Part shown: piece by piece, positions 57,751-64,000 of the stretch
How the letters are laid out: every line of letters starts with the position of its first letter
Position numbering within the stretch: position 1 is the first letter of the stretch
DNA from: a virus
DNA length: 64,000 bases
Virus record (IMG/VR): IMGVR_UViG_3300009085_000003
Coordinates: 15,570 to 79,569 of that record
Strand: one strand, 5' to 3'
Program-made: the position numbers and the translations under genes
The notes under the pieces: model-generated
The model's input: only the letters and a program-made list of their open reading frames with translations
Databases searched by the model: none
Told to the model about the DNA's origin: nothing

Positions 57751-58156
57751 CCGTTAAGCTCTCACCCTTGGAGATACGCTCCAGCTGCTCATCGGTCAGG
57801 TCTTTCATGTTGACCTCGAGCACTGCCAGAGACGTCTTGTACAGCCCCCGTAGCTTGGCTTCGTCGACCGCAGCCTCCAGCGCCAGCTTTGGGTTCTTTG
57901 AGTCCAAAGCCTTGAGCCTGAGCATACGCCGGAACGCCAGATGTTCAGCCAGCGCCTGCGCGTTGGTAGCCTTGAGCTCCTTGAGCACAGCTGCTTTCAC
58001 CCGGCTCATGTAGTACCGCGCCATCCGCTCGTTGACTTGCCACTTATCGGCAATATATTGCAACATATATGACATATCGTTGCCCTCAAGATACAGGCGG
58101 CGCAATACCTCCACTCGCTCAATAGTCTCTAGGTCGGTTGCTTTTGCCATCTTCAT
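57731..58156 (-). CDS. Terminase small subunit (putative)
   Basis: HTH-like N-terminus, EAKLRGLY, LTDEQL; directly upstream of terL. Confidence 0.7.
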   Translation of the reverse strand: MKMAKATDLETIERVEVLRRLYLEGNDMSYMLQYIADKWQVNERMARYYMSRVKAAVLKELKATNAQALAEHLAFRRMLRLKALDSKNPKLALEAAVDEAKLRGLYKTSLAVLEVNMKDLTDEQLERISKGESLTDVLGTQ

Positions 58157-58206
58157 TACTCCTGTATCATTTTAGGTACACTGTATCATATTGGCAGGTT
58201 TTGCCA

Positions 58207-58437
58207 CTATACCAACTTCTGGCACGCCCACTGTATGGCGATACCACGCTCCCGAGCCATATTTTCAAAACACGGAATGCAGTACAACCCACCCCCTCCG
58301 TCGTACCCACCGGTTACCGCTTCCCAAACGTCCTTGTCTGCCCACCATACAGTATCATAGGCAGCGCCACAAATATGGCAGCGTTCCCCGTCCCAGCTAT
58401 CTGGGCTCTGGGGGGATGACGGGGTGTTCTTTGTCAT
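58207..58437 (-). CDS. Small zinc-binding protein
   Basis: CHIC..WEAV..LYCIPCF. Confidence 0.55.
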   Translation of the reverse strand: MTKNTPSSPQSPDSWDGERCHICGAAYDTVWWADKDVWEAVTGGYDGGGGLYCIPCFENMARERGIAIQWACQKLV

Positions 58438-59611
58438 GTATCTCCCTTTCCGTGGAGAGGTGGTCTTTGATGATGACCGCTCGAGACATGAACCCATGCC
58501 CGGTCAGGGTCGGGATAGCTGCGGGAGCGGTGTATATCAGCAACTGGTTCGGGTCAAGCTCATCCACCATGGCTTGCACCATGTCGAGTATCAGGTTGCT
58601 GTCCGGGGTCACCTGAAACTGTATGGCAATCGGGACATTCTTGGGAACCCCAGCCCAGCATAGCTCTTTGTCGGACGGCACAATTTGGACATTTGGGATG
58701 ACCTTGATACCAGCCTCTTGGAGATACCTGCCCACCCACAGGCTGCGGTAGCGCTGCCAGTGTCTCTGGGCAGCTGGGTCTTGGTTACCGATGTAATAGG
58801 GCGGAGTGAGCACAGCCATGATATCAGACTGGGCTATCTTGCGGGCATATATCTCAGCTTTGAACCACAGCCCCTGATAGAATCTGTCGTGTGTGTAAAA
58901 TGATACAACGGTTTTATTCAAATCCAACCCATCGATGCCATCACGTCCCCATACCAGATACCACAGGTCGGGCTCCACATCCACTACCGCTCCGCCCACC
59001 CACGTTGCGATACGCGCAGGGACACTGGTCGGGATATGTTCTGGTAATAGCTCCGGGAATCCGAGTGGATGGCTCGAGGTGAATGTCTTACGCTCCAGCT
59101 CTTTGTAGTCCTTGGAATCATCTGGCAAATCATCAAGGGTCTTGGGGTTTTTCTTTTTGTAGATGGCGGCATTGTCCAGCGCTTGCTGGGATTCGGCACC
59201 AATCTTGTCCATCAGGGCTTGCAGATTATTATCATTCGCCTTGACTGACTGGACTATCTCCAGCAACTTGGAGTCATCGTGCACGCCCATCTCAGCTGTG
59301 ATACCGATGGCAGCCAGCGCGATGCGCTCCTCGTCCGCCGTCAGGGTCACGTAGATAACTGGCACCGGGGTCTTGCCACCGCGTCGATACGCCAGCGTAG
59401 CCCGCAGGTGACCGTCCACAACATGCTGCGTGGTGGTGTTCACCTTGACCGCATCCACCCATCCGATTTCGTTGAGAGAGCCCTCTACAGCGTGTTGCTG
59501 TAACTGGGTATGAATGCGCCAGTTGAATGGGTTGGCAAGTAGCTCCTCAGCCGGAACTTCGACTATTGTCGAGTCCATCCGATTTTTCCAAGCAGGTTTG
59601 GTTCCCGTCAT
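58397..59611 (-). CDS. ParB-N domain fused to DUF4417-like domain
   Basis: NPFNWRIH..VVDGHLR; SFYTHDRFY..YRSLWVGRYLQEAGIKVIPNV. Confidence 0.7.
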   Translation of the reverse strand: MTGTKPAWKNRMDSTIVEVPAEELLANPFNWRIHTQLQQHAVEGSLNEIGWVDAVKVNTTTQHVVDGHLRATLAYRRGGKTPVPVIYVTLTADEERIALAAIGITAEMGVHDDSKLLEIVQSVKANDNNLQALMDKIGAESQQALDNAAIYKKKNPKTLDDLPDDSKDYKELERKTFTSSHPLGFPELLPEHIPTSVPARIATWVGGAVVDVEPDLWYLVWGRDGIDGLDLNKTVVSFYTHDRFYQGLWFKAEIYARKIAQSDIMAVLTPPYYIGNQDPAAQRHWQRYRSLWVGRYLQEAGIKVIPNVQIVPSDKELCWAGVPKNVPIAIQFQVTPDSNLILDMVQAMVDELDPNQLLIYTAPAAIPTLTGHGFMSRAVIIKDHLSTEREIHDKEHPVIPPEPR

Positions 59612-59828
59612 AGTTTACCTCACTATGTAACATTATACATCATCACGGCTTAAACAGCGACACCCACGACTAGAGAGGGGAGCCGTGGGTGCCTTCACCG
59701 CTGTGGTGAGAGAGGGATATCGCTCTGGATAATAGCATATCTGATACAAAAATGCAAGAGCCAACTTAGTGGCAATAGCGGCGACACCATGTGGGAAGTT
59801 TCCCCGATTTACACATTGCGTAAAAGAC

Positions 59829-59858
59829 AAAAAAAGACCCCCGATGTTTTGGGGGTCT
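59829..59858 (-). terminator. Intrinsic terminator
   Basis: AGACCCCC-N8-GGGGGTCT followed by a T tract. Confidence 0.8.
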
Positions 59859-59876
59859 CTGTAACTGGGAGCGGCT

Positions 59877-60290
59877 CTACTCCCGCGGGATTAGTTTGCC
59901 ATCCACATTTTCGTACGCCGCCTCGCTACTCTTGTCGAAATACTTATCGACACCGTGTTTGGTGGAAAGCGCAAGGAACTCCTCGTTTCCCAGATTGACC
60001 ATCAGTTCTATGGTCAGATAAATCACCTCAGCGGCTACCTTATCCGGGTCAGTACCAGCTTCTGGGTGAGTCATCAGCGCTTTGGCGGCATACTCCTCTT
60101 GGAGACGCCCGCGCACTATCTTGGCGTTGAGCTTACGAACACGTATCGAATTATCCGCCAAGCTCCTCAGCATGTTACGCATCTCCGGCAGCTTGGCTGC
60201 GTCCTTTTTGGAGTCCGCAAACATCTCGGTCGCCTCATCCAGAGATAACTGGACACGTATAGTCCCATCTTCCTCAAAATGCTTAGCCAT
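59877..60290 (-). CDS. Hypothetical protein
   Basis: Start MAKHF overlaps the end of the upstream gene. Confidence 0.65.
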   Translation of the reverse strand: MAKHFEEDGTIRVQLSLDEATEMFADSKKDAAKLPEMRNMLRSLADNSIRVRKLNAKIVRGRLQEEYAAKALMTHPEAGTDPDKVAAEVIYLTIELMVNLGNEEFLALSTKHGVDKYFDKSSEAAYENVDGKLIPRE

Positions 60291-61443
60291 TGGTTTCACC
60301 GTCCTTTTGGTTTTCGTCATCATCGTCGTCTGCGAACCCACCGATAGTGGTTCCCTCAGACTCCAACCAGTCCTTAAGCTCAGGGGGCACATTCGACTGG
60401 TGCCCAAAATGACCACTGACCACAGCTGAGCCGTTTGCCAGCATCTCAACCTCACCGGCGCCATCGGGCTTGATGATGGAGCCCATCAGTTTATCAACAT
60501 CGATGTCCGGGAGCGGCATGTCCAGTACATCATCGATGGTAACAGGCTCGTCGCGTGCGATTTTTTCGACCAGCGCACGGATGTTCTTGGGAGCAGGGCT
60601 ATCTGAACTGGCGATGGTATCCATAATCCGCTTGTCCATGTTGCACGCTTGGCAGTCCTTGTCACAATTCGACTCGACCTCCACAATGACGTTGGCGACC
60701 AGCCGTAGAACCCTTGGACGAACCTCGTCATTCGCAAGCAGCTCCCGGATAGCCTCGTTGTGTGCGCTCAGTGATTCAAGTCCGCGTGGCGCATCCACTG
60801 AAACTGACACGGGGTCTTGGAAGTCGCGCGGGTTTAGAATGTCTTTGGCTCCATCGTCCAGCACAATCCGGGCGTGCTCGTCCACATCAAACTCACCCAT
60901 GGCTTTGGAGTAATCCTCAAGGGTGGGATTGTCACCCAGCGCCTTGATAGACGGGTTGGACTCGACCAACAACTTGTGCACCGGACTCCATTGCAGATAC
61001 CGCTCGAACAATTGCTTTGCTCGGGCAGCCACATCCGCAGCGTGGAACGACTCGTCCACCTCTGGTGTCTGGAGAGAGCGCTGGAATTTCGGTTCCACTT
61101 TAATGAAATGGTCGGCATAGTCCCGGTCATTTGGTGCGGTGGTGCCGTCGAACAGGCTCTGCAATTTCAGCGCCTCAAATAACTTGCGCCGCATTTCATC
61201 AGGCATACCTTTGAAATGGAGCTCTATGCGCAGCCCGTAGCCCTCGCGCTTGCCGACAGCTTGGGATTCTTTAGAGGCGTAATCAAAATCATCCGCCTCC
61301 TCAATATCGACCAAGTGGTTGGTGATAGCCTCCGACAACGCGGCTTTCAGTTCTGGTAACGCATACTGGAGCGTCGAATCGCCGACATCCCTGCGGCTCA
61401 CCGTCACCAAAAAGTCCTGCAAATTCGTCTTTCGTTTATACAT
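60283..61443 (-). CDS. Hypothetical acidic protein (386 aa)
   Basis: Own promoter, AAGGAGAGG RBS; CDKDCQAC motif. Confidence 0.75.
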   Translation of the reverse strand: MYKRKTNLQDFLVTVSRRDVGDSTLQYALPELKAALSEAITNHLVDIEEADDFDYASKESQAVGKREGYGLRIELHFKGMPDEMRRKLFEALKLQSLFDGTTAPNDRDYADHFIKVEPKFQRSLQTPEVDESFHAADVAARAKQLFERYLQWSPVHKLLVESNPSIKALGDNPTLEDYSKAMGEFDVDEHARIVLDDGAKDILNPRDFQDPVSVSVDAPRGLESLSAHNEAIRELLANDEVRPRVLRLVANVIVEVESNCDKDCQACNMDKRIMDTIASSDSPAPKNIRALVEKIARDEPVTIDDVLDMPLPDIDVDKLMGSIIKPDGAGEVEMLANGSAVVSGHFGHQSNVPPELKDWLESEGTTIGGFADDDDDENQKDGETNG

Positions 61444-61472
61444 AGTCCTCTCCTTAGAATAGAATATAGTTC

Positions 61473-61501
61473 ATTGTAGCATAGTGTCTTATGAAAGTCA
61501 A
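61473..61501 (-). promoter_or_regulatory. Sigma70-type promoter
   Basis: TTGACT-17-TACAAT with TGn extension. Confidence 0.75.
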
Positions 61502-61502
61502 G

Positions 61503-61766
61503 CTACAGTTTTATCAGGATGGTTCCACTGTGCTGACGCTGATACCTGCGCCAGTAATACTTGCGGATGGACAACCACCCAATATCAAAATGCTCGTGCA
61601 CATGGGGGAACGGAAACGCATCGATGCACCGGATGTCTGGCACCACGCCCCACGAAATACGCCAATGCTTAAGCCGTACAAAACGCCAGAATATGATACG
61701 GCTCTTGAGAACCCCGCTGGCTGGGCTGCGGTGAAATCGAACATATCGGACTACTTGACGTATCAT
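61503..61766 (-). CDS. Hypothetical basic protein (strand choice uncertain)
   Basis: ATGA overlap with the upstream gene. Confidence 0.4.
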   Translation of the reverse strand: MIRQVVRYVRFHRSPASGVLKSRIIFWRFVRLKHWRISWGVVPDIRCIDAFPFPHVHEHFDIGWLSIRKYYWRRYQRQHSGTILIKL

Positions 61767-61993
61767 GGTTGTTTTTTCTCCACGACCACATAGCAGTCAC
61801 ACCCAGTACACGACATGCGACTTTTGATTTGGAAGTCCATCAACTTCCAACATCCCATGGCGCCCTCAACGGCACCGGGATAGCTACACCACACCGGCTG
61901 TGGGTACAGCTGCGCCATCTCCTCCCATGTAATACCCTGCTCAACTAACTTATCGAACTCCATGCGGGTCAATTTATGAAACGGTTTTATCAT
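61763..61993 (-). CDS. Hypothetical Cys-rich protein
   Basis: QPVWCSYP..MGCWKL..CTGC. Confidence 0.65.
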   Translation of the reverse strand: MIKPFHKLTRMEFDKLVEQGITWEEMAQLYPQPVWCSYPGAVEGAMGCWKLMDFQIKSRMSCTGCDCYVVVEKKQP

Positions 61994-62751
61994 TCTCGTG
62001 TATCCTCCTCGCTTTGTAATGGGATGTACCGACCTACCCTGCCGGTGATGTGTTCCATGGTCTCTCGAGCAGACACCAGAAGCTGGGATAGCTGCATCAC
62101 GATATCAGCATTGGTTGTGTTGGCTTGCAGGATGGTCAGGTCTCCCATCAGGTCTTGCAGCCGGGACGCCACGCGGCGCAGCACCACGTCGTGGGTCACC
62201 GGGCTGGCGCTGGGTGGAGGGATGATGGTCGGCTCACCGGCAAAGTCATCCTCGGGCTCCCAGCTGTCAAGTATATTCTGGGAAACTTCACCGATATTAT
62301 CAATCGGCTGTTCTGGGTCACGCAGCATCAGCCCTTTCATGCTCTCGAGACTGGGCGGAATGCCGTGCTTCTCCATATAGTCCAGAGACACCCGCATCAC
62401 CCGCTCCCAGTCCTGCCCGTAGCTCATGGCGAACACGTAGTGGGAATACGGCAACACGTCATACTTGCGCTGGGCATCGGCAGTATAAAAAGCAGCCACC
62501 GACGCGTAGAGCCGAACCGACCGCATCGCCTTGCCTACCACACGACCCACGGCGGCACAAATCTCGAGCCTGCCGACATCAAGGTGGTTGGCAATCGATA
62601 GCGTGTGTAACTCATTGACGATGTTACCGATACGCCAGTAGCTATGGGTCATGGTGTCACGGATTGCCAGCAGCTCATCCAGCATGTTTTGCGGCATGAA
62701 GTTGATGAGCGACTTGGTGGACGGCTGCGTTAAAGCAACATTATCATTCAT
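61990..62751 (-). CDS. Hypothetical protein (possible DNA-binding)
   Basis: TAATG overlap; WRIG..LPYSHY pattern. Confidence 0.65.
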   Translation of the reverse strand: MNDNVALTQPSTKSLINFMPQNMLDELLAIRDTMTHSYWRIGNIVNELHTLSIANHLDVGRLEICAAVGRVVGKAMRSVRLYASVAAFYTADAQRKYDVLPYSHYVFAMSYGQDWERVMRVSLDYMEKHGIPPSLESMKGLMLRDPEQPIDNIGEVSQNILDSWEPEDDFAGEPTIIPPPSASPVTHDVVLRRVASRLQDLMGDLTILQANTTNADIVMQLSQLLVSARETMEHITGRVGRYIPLQSEEDTRE

Positions 62752-63059
62752 TACCAGCACTTCTCCATTCTAATTTTTGTCGGGATGGTGGCGTGCCAAG
62801 CGTCGAGGTCATACCCTCGGGCAATCTGCCGCTGAGCGAAACGCTGGCGGCTTTTCCGGCTATTGACGATACCCTCTTGGTGACAACGCTTACACACCAA
62901 CCCACAATTCTCATCGCAATCTCTCCAAGGCTCACTGTCTCGCTCATGGTATATCCAGTGATGCAAATCCAGCGCCTGTTTTTCAGCTCCACACTCCTCA
63001 CATACCTTGCCGCGCGTAGCTATCAGGAACAACTTAAGCTCTTTGCGCGGTAATATCAC
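62751..63059 (-). CDS. HNH-like endonuclease
   Basis: CEECG..DLHH..NCGLVCKRCH. Confidence 0.75.
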   Translation of the reverse strand: MILPRKELKLFLIATRGKVCEECGAEKQALDLHHWIYHERDSEPWRDCDENCGLVCKRCHQEGIVNSRKSRQRFAQRQIARGYDLDAWHATIPTKIRMEKCW

Positions 63060-63271
63060 AGCCGTTTAATATCCGTGCTTGGATAGATTCGATGAACCAC
63101 CTTGCTACGATACCGAGCCTTGAATTCAGGCTTGGCAGTCTCGGTAATCACCGCGACCTCGTAGTTGTCGGTCAGGACGCCCTCACTGTTCTGTACCCGA
63201 GCCGTCACATATCCCTTACCGTCCGGTGTCTCCACCGGGTCTTGGAACCGAAACGCGGTAGGCGTGGTCAT
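63056..63271 (-). CDS. Hypothetical protein
   Basis: ATGA overlap, GGAGG RBS. Confidence 0.6.
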   Translation of the reverse strand: MTTPTAFRFQDPVETPDGKGYVTARVQNSEGVLTDNYEVAVITETAKPEFKARYRSKVVHRIYPSTDIKRL

Positions 63272-63741
63272 TGGCTGATGACTCCCTCCATGATGATACG
63301 CGTGTGACCTTTATTATCAATCACGTCGTGAATCATAAAGCTACCATGGTACTCAACATCGACCTTGATAGCACACTGCCGCACATCGGTTCCCCACTTG
63401 GTCTCGAGACGTTTCAAGGCTCGTTTGACCCACAGATACACCGCCGTGATATCCGAGTAGTCCCGCAGGTCTCCCCAGATATAGACCACGCCCCATGACA
63501 CCTCACCCCCCTCGGGAGATTGTCTCCCGGTCTTTTGCACAGCGTATTGCACCGACCCCTCAGACCCCGCTGGCACATTGCAGCGTTTTCTGGAGGCAAG
63601 GTACTCGTCGTCCGATAACCTCGGGTCATAGTGATATGTGTGACCAAACGCATCCTTTACGCCCTGTAGGAACGCAGCGTCCTCTCCGAACCTCATACAA
63701 TCAAGCCGGATAATCCCTGCAACGTGTGTCCACTGACTCAT
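63268..63741 (-). CDS. Conserved phage hypothetical protein
   Basis: MSQWTHVAGIIR..PAGSEG..IWGDLRDY. Confidence 0.7.
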   Translation of the reverse strand: MSQWTHVAGIIRLDCMRFGEDAAFLQGVKDAFGHTYHYDPRLSDDEYLASRKRCNVPAGSEGSVQYAVQKTGRQSPEGGEVSWGVVYIWGDLRDYSDITAVYLWVKRALKRLETKWGTDVRQCAIKVDVEYHGSFMIHDVIDNKGHTRIIMEGVISQ

Positions 63742-64000
63742 TTCTGCTCCTTTATTAAGCACTGGGCTTCGGTTCGCGGGTGAAATCCGGGGAGGTTGTG
63801 CCAATTCCACACTAGTTTGTCATCTTCTTCGCGCCAGTTGCGCTTATCCTCTATTTCCACCACAAACGCCAGTAATGCTGCGTTGCTGGATTGGAGCCTC
63901 CCTATCCTTGCAATCGCATGTTCTACCGTAAGCTCCGAGCCAGCGCCTTCAACTCCAATAGCAACAGCCAACGTACTTATATTGGCTTCCAGTTCCTCAA
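63738..64000 (-). CDS. Hypothetical protein, 5'-truncated
   Basis: Frame is open to the window edge. Confidence 0.5.
   Translation of the reverse strand, partial: EELEANISTLAVAIGVEGAGSELTVEHAIARIGRLQSSNAALLAFVVEIEDKRNWREEDDKLVWNWHNLPGFHPRTEAQCLIKEQK

Larger units (their letters stand above)
1..64000 (-). mobile_element. Tailed phage genome segment (siphovirus-like; phage or prophage undetermined)
   Basis: Terminase, portal, protease, capsid, tail, tape measure and fibre genes are co-oriented with overlapping start/stop codons. No host housekeeping genes or integrase in the window. Confidence 0.97.

Noticed and set aside
59640-59790. Hairpins upstream of the ParB-like gene as a riboswitch
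   Set aside because: Stems are present (CACCCACG/CGTGGGTG) but no recognisable riboswitch consensus; too weak to call.
61491-61793. 100-aa + strand ORF
   Set aside because: No RBS, and it overlaps a - strand promoter and an ATGA-coupled - strand ORF; not fully excluded.
10249-63321. ATTATCAAT as Fur boxes or DnaA boxes
   Set aside because: Only a GATAAT half-site without the Fur inverted repeat; it does not match TTWTNCACA and is dispersed rather than clustered.
1-64000. Alternative genetic code
   Set aside because: Long genes are intact in the standard code, TAA, TAG and TGA all terminate genes, and no suppressor tRNA is seen.

Overview
The whole window is a tailed dsDNA (siphovirus-like) phage or prophage segment, almost all on the - strand. 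In transcription order it runs: small early genes, ParB-like fusion, terminase small and large subunits, two tRNAs, about 16 kb of replication and accessory genes, portal, a 14-kb head-associated effector locus, prohead protease/scaffold, major capsid, a glycosylation module, neck, major tail, tail chaperone (probable +1 frameshift), tape measure, distal and minor tail proteins, and a tail fibre cut by the window edge. No integrase or host genes are visible. A Chloroflexota (Anaerolineae-like) host is inferred only from Pro/Thr-rich membrane-anchored proteins and the style of the structural genes. The main candidate novel system is a ~21-aa tag, K-G[GS]x[GS]SG[NH]xGHxGxxGxxGGS, present 12 times. 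It divides a 2707-aa MuF-like polyprotein into 7 cargo modules and also heads the cargo domains of 4 other genes. The cargoes look like ADP-ribosyltransferases, zincin peptidases, GNAT, JAB, HD and unknown domains, consistent with a protease-processed, capsid-packaged effector set (inference). Also notable: a polar 9-mer ATTATCAAT in at least 20 copies, a second dispersed 18-bp site, an initiator-like tRNA with an atypical anticodon loop, a five-gene paralog array, and apparent avoidance of GATC/GGCC/CCWGG/GGWCC. All domain names come from motif recognition by eye, not database searches.
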